Source: Treponemataceae bacterium
GTDB taxonomy: Bacteria > Spirochaetota > Spirochaetia > Treponematales > Treponemataceae
Reading direction: 5' to 3'
Length of the DNA stretch: 43,908 nucleotides
Assembly (NCBI GenBank): GCA_051651885.1
Contig: JBOFTD010000018.1
Coordinates: 1 to 43,908 of the forward strand
Shown piece after piece: positions 36,258 through 43,908 of this stretch (the stretch's first letter is position 1; the number at the start of each line of letters is the position of its first letter). Under the pieces are notes generated by a model. It was not told where the DNA came from. It made no database searches and saw nothing but the letters and a program-made list of their open reading frames with translations. Made by a program: the position numbers and the translations under genes.

Positions 36258-36923
36258 ATGGGAAAAGAGTTACAAACTCGTAATAGTACTGATGATGGGC
36301 TTGCCTTATTTGCAGCTGCTGGTGGGTTGCTTTTACAGTTTTTTGAATCTGACACACGAAGACAACAAAACAATTATGATTATTCTCTAAAGGCACAAAT
36401 TGCTGAATATGAATATGAAGATAAAAAGGAAAATCGTTACCATGAACAGCGAATGGCTCAGCTTGCAAGTGAAAATCGCTTAAACGAACAAGCTCACCTT
36501 GAAAGAATGAAAGACAAAGAGCATGATCATATTGAGCGTATGAAGTTATTAGCTATTAAAGCCGAGCAAATGAAGGCTTTCATCAATGCACAGGAAAAAA
36601 TTACAATAAAAAAATTAGAAATGCTTAATGATTATAAAAATACATTCACTCAGTTTTACTTCTCTCTTCTTGATAAAACGCAAACTCAAAAAGAACTTTT
36701 AGAACAAGAAAAAAGAAGACTTCGAATGCTCGAAAATCCTCCAGATGTGCAATTGGCTGATTGCACTAAACAAATTTTTGAAAAAGAAAATACAATTAAA
36801 GAAATTACACATAAACAAAAAGAAATAATGGAATCATATAATAAACAACTAAGTATTATTAACTCTGATTTTATCCAGTCAAAGAAAGGTATTTCAAATA
36901 AAAACATAAAATATATTAATTAA
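36258..36923 (+). CDS. Hypothetical coiled-coil protein (221 aa from ATG 36258)
   Basis: Strong SD AAGGAGGA. A short N-terminal hydrophobic stretch (GLALFAAAGGLLLQFF) is followed by long charged helical sequence. No family recognised. Confidence 0.55.
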   Translation: MGKELQTRNSTDDGLALFAAAGGLLLQFFESDTRRQQNNYDYSLKAQIAEYEYEDKKENRYHEQRMAQLASENRLNEQAHLERMKDKEHDHIERMKLLAIKAEQMKAFINAQEKITIKKLEMLNDYKNTFTQFYFSLLDKTQTQKELLEQEKRRLRMLENPPDVQLADCTKQIFEKENTIKEITHKQKEIMESYNKQLSIINSDFIQSKKGISNKNIKYIN

Positions 36924-36936
36924 TAAAGGATTCTTT

Positions 36937-38343
36937 ATGCAGACTGAACAAGTAAATACAAGTATGAGAAAACTAAAAGAGTATGTTAATGACTTTCAGG
37001 TTATAAAAGAAATTGGTATAGCTCACTTACAAAATATTGAAGAAGCTTTGGATGAGCTAAAAAAAATTAAAGATATTCTTGAAGAAGATGACTCTGCAAT
37101 GATAAAAAAATATCATAAATATTTTACAGCAACTTGTGCTGATAGAGCAAAAGACCTAAGCAAAACTCTTTCAACACGAATAGAAGAAATAGACTCACTA
37201 TTTGAGGAGTTAAAAAATACCCATAAAGTTCTTAAAGAGAGCACAACAAAACTTTTTAATGCAATAGAAGCTAATGATATTAATCAGATTAAAGAAGCAA
37301 TACAACAAGGTGCTAATATTTATGCTACAAATGAAGATGGCTATGATTCTTTAGGTGTAGCATTAGAGAATGAAAATACAGATGCAATTGCAGTATTATT
37401 GCGTGCAGGGGCTGGAAAGTATGAAAATGGATTTACCACTTTAATGGCCTGTGCTTACAGCGGGCATTTACCTGAGATAAAACTTTTACTAGAAGCAGGT
37501 GCCGATGTTAATGAAATAGATAAAAAGGGATCTACCGCTTTATGGCCAGCAATTATGGAGGGACATTTATCTGTTGTTACAGTTCTCATAGAAGCAGGTG
37601 CGGATATTAATCATCAAGATGAAAATGGATTTACAGCTTTAATATGGGCAATTGTGCAGGGACACTTATCTATTGTTAAATATCTCATAAAAGCAGGTGC
37701 TGATATTGACTCCCAAGATAAAGCAGGAGATACTGCTTTAATATTGGCGACCATGCAAGAAAACTCATCTATTGTTAAAATTCTCATAGAAGCAGGTGCA
37801 GATATTAACCTTGAAGATGAGAAAAATAATGATGCATTACAGATAGCTCTTCAAAATAAAAATGTTGGTGTGACAAAACTTTTGCTAGAAGCAGGAGCTG
37901 GAAAGTATGAAAATGGATTTACTATTTTAATGGAATGTGTAGGGGAAGGAAATTTATCTAAGATAAAACTTTTGTTAGAAGCAGGTGTCGATGTTAATGA
38001 AACAGATAATAATGGATTGACAGCCCTCATAGTTGCTGCTATGGAAGGAAATTTGCATGTTGTAAAAAATCTCATAGAAGCAGGTGCTGATATTAATCAA
38101 GCAGGCAAAAATGGATGTTCAGCCTTACTAGATGCTTCTTATGAAGGTCATTTGCCTATTGTAGAATTCCTTTTATCAAAAGGGGCTGATCCTTATAAAA
38201 AGGATAAAAATGGATTAACAGCTATTGATTACGCACACAGCAATAAAAAAGAAGCCATAGTAAATTTTTTAGCTCCTTATTATGAAGAAGCTGATAATGA
38301 TGATTTTGATGATGATTTTGATGATGATTTTGATGATGATTAG
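36937..38343 (+). CDS. Coiled-coil N-domain plus about 10 ankyrin repeats plus an acidic FDDD-repeat tail (468 aa)
   Basis: AAAGGA SD. Ankyrin consensus repeats run from about residue 105. The C-terminus is ADNDDFDDDFDDDFDDD. Confidence 0.85.
   Translation: MQTEQVNTSMRKLKEYVNDFQVIKEIGIAHLQNIEEALDELKKIKDILEEDDSAMIKKYHKYFTATCADRAKDLSKTLSTRIEEIDSLFEELKNTHKVLKESTTKLFNAIEANDINQIKEAIQQGANIYATNEDGYDSLGVALENENTDAIAVLLRAGAGKYENGFTTLMACAYSGHLPEIKLLLEAGADVNEIDKKGSTALWPAIMEGHLSVVTVLIEAGADINHQDENGFTALIWAIVQGHLSIVKYLIKAGADIDSQDKAGDTALILATMQENSSIVKILIEAGADINLEDEKNNDALQIALQNKNVGVTKLLLEAGAGKYENGFTILMECVGEGNLSKIKLLLEAGVDVNETDNNGLTALIVAAMEGNLHVVKNLIEAGADINQAGKNGCSALLDASYEGHLPIVEFLLSKGADPYKKDKNGLTAIDYAHSNKKEAIVNFLAPYYEEADNDDFDDDFDDDFDDD
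38299..38340 (+). repeat. 12-nt in-frame tandem repeat (3.5 units of GATGATTTTGAT phase)
   Basis: gat gat ttt gat gat gat ttt gat gat gat ttt gat gat gat, then the TAG stop. Confidence 0.9.
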
Positions 38344-38367
38344 ACTTACTAGATAAAGTACTAGGAG

Positions 38368-38392
38368 ATAGCTGTATTAGCAATACAGCTAT
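38368..38392. terminator. Hairpin between the convergent ankyrin and cof genes
   Basis: Perfect 11-bp stem (ATAGCTGTATT / AATACAGCTAT) with a 3-nt loop. The flanking U-tracts are poor. Confidence 0.5.
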
Positions 38393-38402
38393 AAATTTCT
38401 AC

Positions 38403-39239
38403 CTACAAGCAATATTTTTCAATAAAGTGTGCAACGCCGTCGTCATTGTGGGATTTTTCACTGACAAAGCGAGCAATATTTTTAATGTGGTCAAGTCCAT
38501 TACTCATCGCGGTGCTAAAGTGTGCGTAAGTAATCATAGATTCGTCGTTCATACCATCGCCAAAGCACATAGTTGTCTCTTGTGGCAATGAAAGAATTGT
38601 TTCTGCCAAATATTTGAGAGCCTCTCCCTTGCCCGTTTCTTTTGGCATAATTTCCAAAAAGTACGGTTTGCTCGTAAAAACAACGGCCTTGTCTCCAAAA
38701 TCGGCTTTTAACTGCACTTGCAATTTCAAAAGCTCTTCAGGATCGCCAGAAATAACAAGTTTTGGCTGGCCTTTACGCAAATGAGTTTCAAAATCAGCAA
38801 TAATTTTTAATTTAAGTCCGCTGAGCAAAACATCCCGCTCAATCCACTTGCTCATAAATGGTGCGTAAATTGTTGATTCATCATAACATTCACACGAAAT
38901 TCCCCGCTTTGAAGATTCTTTGTACGCATGAACTATTACATCAGGGTCAACTGTGCGTGAATACAAAGGCATTCGTTTGTGAAGATCAAAAATGGAGCTG
39001 CCGTTTTGGCTAATCATGTAACGGCCAAAGGGACTTGCGGCACTTTCAAGCTGGCGAATAAAAGGAAGAATAGCGTTGTCCGTTCGCCCAGAGCAAAGCA
39101 CTATGTAAATCTCCTTTTTTAGGGCTTTTTGAATCACGTCAACGGTGTATTCAGAAATACTCAAGTCTTCTTTTAAAAGCGTGTCATCCAAATCGATAGC
39201 AATAATTTTGGGCGCAATTTTTCCTTGTGGCAGTTTCAT
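38403..39239 (-). CDS. Cof-type HAD-IIB phosphatase
   Basis: IAIDLDDTLL, CSGR and GDGMNDESM motifs. GGAAGGA SD. Confidence 0.8.
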   Translation of the reverse strand: MKLPQGKIAPKIIAIDLDDTLLKEDLSISEYTVDVIQKALKKEIYIVLCSGRTDNAILPFIRQLESAASPFGRYMISQNGSSIFDLHKRMPLYSRTVDPDVIVHAYKESSKRGISCECYDESTIYAPFMSKWIERDVLLSGLKLKIIADFETHLRKGQPKLVISGDPEELLKLQVQLKADFGDKAVVFTSKPYFLEIMPKETGKGEALKYLAETILSLPQETTMCFGDGMNDESMITYAHFSTAMSNGLDHIKNIARFVSEKSHNDDGVAHFIEKYCL

Positions 39240-39252
39240 AATCCTTCCTTGT

Positions 39253-40548
39253 TCAGCTCAGCAGATTTTCAAGCATAGGTTTTACTCCAAGCTTTTGGCA
39301 TATATTTTTGTAAACGTCAGTGTAGTTTAAAAGATGATTTTTTTCTTCACTTGAATGCGGTTTTGCATGCGTTTTAATAGCACGAATGAGCAGATTTTTT
39401 GGCGTGTGGCTCATGTCGATAAACTCCATAATTTGCACCGTGTAGCCAAACGTTTCTAATAGCTCTGATCGTAAAATATCTGTTGCAAGGCTTGCAAATC
39501 GCTCTTTAATAATTCCATGCTTTATAAATCCTTGCAAATCAGTACTTACGGATTTTTTGCTTAATTGTTGATTGATTTCACTTTGACAGCACGGAACGGC
39601 AAGAATGGCAAAAATATTATTCTTGATCGCCTTTGCAAGGGCAAAATCGGTTGCCGTATTGCACGCATGTAAGCAAATCATCAAATCGTAGGAGCAATTA
39701 AGTTCAAAATCATTAATATCCTGATGAATAAACGTAAGATTTTTGTAATTGCATTTTTTTGCAAGCTGATTGCAATTTTCAATCACATCTTTTTTAAGGT
39801 CAAGCCCGATAATTTTTACAGAAAGATTTTTTACCTCAGTCAAAAAATGATACACGGCAAAGGTCAAATAAGATTTTCCACAACCAAAATCAATTATGCT
39901 GAGTTCATTTTTTTGATTATTCAAAAGGATTTGTGGCAAAATATCGTTAAGATATTCTAAAAAGCGATTAATTTGGCGAAACTTATCACTTTGCTTTGCA
40001 AGGACTTTGCCCTCTTTATTCATAACGCCAAGTTCAACAAAAAAAGGAATCGCATTCCCCTCAGGGAGCAAATAATTTTTTGTTCGATTGTGATTGTTTT
40101 CCTTCGTACAAGCGACCTCGATCACCTTTTTTTTCATGATTCTTGTAAGACCTTTTTTATTGGTTAAAAAAAACCACTCAGTTTTATTCGTTTTTATGAT
40201 ACTCGACTTAAAATGAATGCCAATATTTTTTTCTAAAAACTGATGGAGCTCACTTTTTGAAAGATGTTGATGAAAAACTTGTGTTTTGCTAAAAGATTCT
40301 ACAAAAAATTTTTCTTTTAGCGAAGAAATTTTTATTTTTTCAAACTGATTATTCTGTGAATGCACGGGCTTTGACAAAATGACTTGATGAATTTCTGAGT
40401 TACAAATAGTTTTAAGCTCAGAATGAATCGTTTCATTATCCAACGTTATTTTTGATACATTATTCATACAAGTTTTGTCAAAATCAGTATTCACTAAAAA
40501 ATCACTTTTAGAAGCGGACGTTTTTAGAAATTCCTTTATACATGTCAT
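39253..40548 (-). CDS. Class I SAM-dependent methyltransferase (Methyltransf_32-like by recall)
   Basis: Motif I IIDFGCGKSYLT and motif ACHACNTATD-like LHACNTATD. The start is uncertain: ATG 40548 overlaps the ABC-F gene by 41 nt, and the alternative is ATG 40467. Confidence 0.65.
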   Translation of the reverse strand: MTCIKEFLKTSASKSDFLVNTDFDKTCMNNVSKITLDNETIHSELKTICNSEIHQVILSKPVHSQNNQFEKIKISSLKEKFFVESFSKTQVFHQHLSKSELHQFLEKNIGIHFKSSIIKTNKTEWFFLTNKKGLTRIMKKKVIEVACTKENNHNRTKNYLLPEGNAIPFFVELGVMNKEGKVLAKQSDKFRQINRFLEYLNDILPQILLNNQKNELSIIDFGCGKSYLTFAVYHFLTEVKNLSVKIIGLDLKKDVIENCNQLAKKCNYKNLTFIHQDINDFELNCSYDLMICLHACNTATDFALAKAIKNNIFAILAVPCCQSEINQQLSKKSVSTDLQGFIKHGIIKERFASLATDILRSELLETFGYTVQIMEFIDMSHTPKNLLIRAIKTHAKPHSSEEKNHLLNYTDVYKNICQKLGVKPMLENLLS

Positions 40549-42145
40549 TTCTAACCGATTTAACTTGCTCGTCTTTTAGGTAATCGTCAAAATCCATCAT
40601 GCGATCAATAACGCCGTTCGGGGTAATTTCAATAATGCGGTTTGCAATCGATGAAATAAATTCATGGTCATGGCTGTTAAAAAGCACAATTCCTGGGAAA
40701 TCAATGAGTGCCTTATTTAAACTCTCAATTGCTTCCAAGTCAAGGTGATTTGTTGGCTCATCCATGATTAAAACATTTGCTCCCGTAAGCATCATTTTTG
40801 AAAGCATACAGCGAACTTTTTCTCCACCAGAGAGGACTTTAACAGGCTTCAAAGAATCATCGCCTGAAAAAAGCATTCGTCCCAAAAAGCCACGAATATA
40901 CGCTTCATCTTGCTCTGCAGAAAACTGTCGAAGCCAATCAGTTATGTGTAAATCAGTGTCAAAAAAGGCGGAGTTGTCAATTCCCAAATAGGATGTGGTA
41001 ATTGTTTGTCCCCAGTAAATATCGCCTGAGTCAGCTTTTAGGTTATCAGTAATGATATCGAAAAATGCACTTTTTGCCTTATGCTCAATTCCAACAAAGG
41101 CAATTTTTTCATTTTTGTTGACCGTCAGTGTAAAATCTTTCAATAAAGCGATGCCTTCGTTGGTAAAATTAATGTTCTCAACACGCAAAATATTATTGCC
41201 AATATCACGGTCGGGCTTAAAGTTGACATACGGAAACTTTCTTGTCGTAACGTGCAATTCTTCAAGGGCAAGTTTGTCGTATACTTTTTTACGACTTGTC
41301 GCTTGCTTACTTTTTGCCGCATTGGAAGAAAACCGTAAAATAAATTCTTTTAAGTCCTTCATTTTTTCTTCACGTTTTTTTGCTTGATCTTTTGACTGGC
41401 GTTGCATAATTTTGCTCATTTGATACCAAAAATCGTAGTTTCCACTAAAAGTATTAATTTTTCCATAGTCAATATCGCAAATGCACGTACAAACAGAGTT
41501 GAGAAAATGCCTGTCATGGCTTACCACAATAACGGTGTTTGGAAAATTGATTAAAAACTCTTCAAGCCACGCAATTGATTCCAAATCCAAACCGTTTGTC
41601 GGCTCATCAAGTAAAAGGATTTCAGGATTTCCAAAAATCGCCTGTGCCAAAAGAACACGCACTTTTTGACTTTCATCCAACTCACTCATCATTCGCTCGT
41701 GGTATTCTTCTTCTAAGCCCAAGCCTGAAAGGATTTTTTCAATTTGATTTTCTGCCTCCCAGCCATCAAGATCTGCGTACTCTGCTTCAAGCTCGCTTGC
41801 TTTAATGCCATCGGCTTCGGTAAAATCTTCTTTTTCGTAAATTGCGTCTTTTGCTTTTTGGCATTCATAGAGTTTTGGATGACCCACAAGCACCGTCTCT
41901 TTTACCGAGTAGGCGTCAAAGGCAAAGTGATCCTGCTTAAGAACAGCCATTCGCTCGCCAGTGCCAATGGAAATAGTGCCAGAATCATGCTCAATTTCAC
42001 CAGAAAGCACTTTCAAAAAAGTTGACTTTCCCGCTCCATTTGCACCAATTATTCCATAGCAATTCCCATGCGTAAATTTTAAATTAACATCTTTGAATAA
42101 AGGGCGATCCCCAAATTTTACACTTACATCACTTACTGTTATCAA
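40508..42145 (-). CDS. ABC-F family ATPase (YbiT-like, two ABC domains, no TMD)
   Basis: Two Walker A/signature sets (GANGAGKST, LSGGEKVR). TTG start with AAGGAA 9 nt upstream. Confidence 0.88.
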   Translation of the reverse strand: MITVSDVSVKFGDRPLFKDVNLKFTHGNCYGIIGANGAGKSTFLKVLSGEIEHDSGTISIGTGERMAVLKQDHFAFDAYSVKETVLVGHPKLYECQKAKDAIYEKEDFTEADGIKASELEAEYADLDGWEAENQIEKILSGLGLEEEYHERMMSELDESQKVRVLLAQAIFGNPEILLLDEPTNGLDLESIAWLEEFLINFPNTVIVVSHDRHFLNSVCTCICDIDYGKINTFSGNYDFWYQMSKIMQRQSKDQAKKREEKMKDLKEFILRFSSNAAKSKQATSRKKVYDKLALEELHVTTRKFPYVNFKPDRDIGNNILRVENINFTNEGIALLKDFTLTVNKNEKIAFVGIEHKAKSAFFDIITDNLKADSGDIYWGQTITTSYLGIDNSAFFDTDLHITDWLRQFSAEQDEAYIRGFLGRMLFSGDDSLKPVKVLSGGEKVRCMLSKMMLTGANVLIMDEPTNHLDLEAIESLNKALIDFPGIVLFNSHDHEFISSIANRIIEITPNGVIDRMMDFDDYLKDEQVKSVRNDMYKGISKNVRF

Positions 42146-42191
42146 TGTATATTTCCTTACAAATTTATTTCAATTCTTACAATTGAATTCC

Positions 42192-42221
42192 ATTATAGCA
42201 AATTTTTTCTTATTGTTGCAA
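42192..42221 (-). promoter_or_regulatory. Promoter-like TTGCAA-18-TATAAT
   Basis: Minus strand, upstream of the ABC-F gene. A 7-bp AT-rich hairpin at 42169..42187 sits in the short leader. Confidence 0.4.
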
Positions 42222-42301
42222 GCCTTTTAGTTTAGCAACGCAATGTTTGCACATTGTAAATTTATTGATTGAAAATAATCAAAAATATAAAACAAAGAGA
42301 T

Positions 42302-43908
42302 CTATACTTTTGGTTGAAAGTGGCTAAATTCCATGCTAAAGCTTGCACGTCCTTGACTTACGGATCGAAGGCTTGTTGAAAAGCCAAACATTTTTGACAT
42401 CGGGGCTTGTGCATGAATAATTTCAATGGATTGTTTTGATTCAAGGTTGGAAATAAGTCCTCCTCGTTGAGTGATTTGGCTCATTACATCGCCTACAAAT
42501 TCTTTTGGAGACAAAAGGTCGACTTTCATTACGGGTTCCAATAATTGTGGATTCGCTTTGCTGCATGCATTGTCAAAGGCTGCAACCGAGCAGGCTTCAA
42601 AAGCAAAGGGGGTAGAAGTTAGCTCGTCATATTTTAGGCTGATGAGGGTAACGAGTATGTCTGTGCAAGGGTAGCCAAACTGGATTCCTGACAAAAACGA
42701 ATTTTCAATGCCATTTTTGATCGCTTCAAAAATAGTTTCAGGGATTCCGTGTGTTTTTGCAGCATTTACATAAAGGTTTCCGCCTTCTTTAGCATGATTT
42801 TCAACTTTGATAGTTAGCTGAGCGGTGTTTTCTTTGCCACCTAATACACGAGAGAATGTTTCTGTACATTCCGCTGTTTGTGAAATCGACTCTCTGTAGG
42901 TAACTTGTGGAGCTCCAATTCGAGCGATAACTTTAAAATCGTCTTTCATTCGGCGTGCAAGTACATCAAGGTGCAATTCTCCCATCCCTGAAATGATGAC
43001 TTGCCCTGTTTCTGAATCTTCGCGACTTGAAAAAGTCGGATCTTCCTTAGAAAGAATTTCGAGCGTTTCTTTAAGCTTATCTCTGTCAGAAAGTGTTTCT
43101 GGTTCAATTGCCACCGAAATAACTGGTTCGGGAAAGTGCATATTTTCTAACAAAATAGGCACACCTTCGCTGCCAATTGTATCGCCTGTTTGGGCAAATT
43201 TTAATCCCACAAAAACGACAATATCGCCTGCACTAACACTGTCTACAACTTCGCTTTTATTTGCGTGCATTCGCAAAATACGATTTGCTCGCTCTTTTTT
43301 CTTTTTGCCCACATTGAAAACTTGATCGCCTGTTTTAATTTTTCCTGAATACATTCTTACGTAGCACAGCGATCCTGCATCTTTATCATATTGAATTTTG
43401 AAAACCAAGCCTAACGGAGTTGCCCCTTCAACTGCACAGGGAATTTGTATATTTTCTTCTTTTTTTGTGTGAAATCCTATTGTTTCTGGTACTTCATCTG
43501 GTGCAGGAAGAAAATCGATAACGGCATCGATGAGGGGTTGCACTCCCATATTTCGTCGAGACGCTCCACAAAAAAATGGAATAAAGCTTTGATTTATCGT
43601 TCCTTTGCGGATTTCACGTTTAAGCAAGCCAAGCGGAATATCTTCTTCCATCAAAAAAAGATCTGCAATTTCGTCACTAAAAGAAGAAAGTGTATCGATC
43701 ATTTTTTCTCGCCAAATTTTAGCTTGTTCACGAAGTGCCTCGCTAATATCGCTTATAAGAAGTTTTTCTCCCTCTGTTTGTGCATCAAAGCGGATTTCCT
43801 TCATCGTTAAAAGATCAATGACTCCTTCAAAATTGCTTTCTTTTCCTATTGGAATTTGCAATGCAAGACAGGTTTTATTAAATTTTTCATACACATCATC
43901 AAGAACAG
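42302..43908 (-). CDS. fusA: Elongation factor G, C-terminal about 535 codons (the 5' end lies beyond the right edge)
   Basis: The frame stays open to the window edge (..VLDDVYEKFNKTCLALQIPIG..). EF-G domains II-V are recognisable. The track's M at 43894 is an internal GTG. Confidence 0.9.
   Translation of the reverse strand, partial: VLDDVYEKFNKTCLALQIPIGKESNFEGVIDLLTMKEIRFDAQTEGEKLLISDISEALREQAKIWREKMIDTLSSFSDEIADLFLMEEDIPLGLLKREIRKGTINQSFIPFFCGASRRNMGVQPLIDAVIDFLPAPDEVPETIGFHTKKEENIQIPCAVEGATPLGLVFKIQYDKDAGSLCYVRMYSGKIKTGDQVFNVGKKKKERANRILRMHANKSEVVDSVSAGDIVVFVGLKFAQTGDTIGSEGVPILLENMHFPEPVISVAIEPETLSDRDKLKETLEILSKEDPTFSSREDSETGQVIISGMGELHLDVLARRMKDDFKVIARIGAPQVTYRESISQTAECTETFSRVLGGKENTAQLTIKVENHAKEGGNLYVNAAKTHGIPETIFEAIKNGIENSFLSGIQFGYPCTDILVTLISLKYDELTSTPFAFEACSVAAFDNACSKANPQLLEPVMKVDLLSPKEFVGDVMSQITQRGGLISNLESKQSIEIIHAQAPMSKMFGFSTSLRSVSQGRASFSMEFSHFQPKV

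Noticed and set aside
1-43908. CRISPR arrays, rRNA genes, prophage or integrase genes
   Set aside because: I found no regularly spaced direct repeats, no rRNA signature strings and no integrase-like or phage-like ORFs in the track or by reading the intergenic regions.

Overview
This is an AT-rich bacterial chromosomal window with about 40 protein genes and one tRNA-Lys. I saw no rRNA, no CRISPR array and no intact mobile element. Only the first 45 codons of an IS1595-like gene touch the left edge. Gene content and relaxed lipoboxes (VSC, TSC, FSC, ACS) look spirochaete-like (Treponema-type), which I cannot verify here. Most genes are housekeeping: oppD/oppF-type ATPases, rsmD, parAB, htrA, ctp, rsmE, metQ, epmA plus a KamA/EpmB-like gene, ruvC-yebC, mutS, an ABC-F ATPase and fusA (partial). 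Five things deserve a second look. (1) A three-gene ankyrin-repeat/coiled-coil island (35.6-38.4 kb) has duplicated promoters, an internal duplication and an FDDD-repeat acidic tail. (2) A promoter-to-terminator nrfA-ccsB-ccsA module has no NrfH/NrfB partner. (3) At seven genes a -10 box sits 6-7 nt from a secure start codon with no Shine-Dalgarno, which suggests leaderless mRNAs. (4) A decayed copy of the yebC 3' end lies just past ruvC. (5) A perfect 26-bp palindrome sits in the mutS divergent promoter region. All family names come from motif recognition and recall, not from searches.
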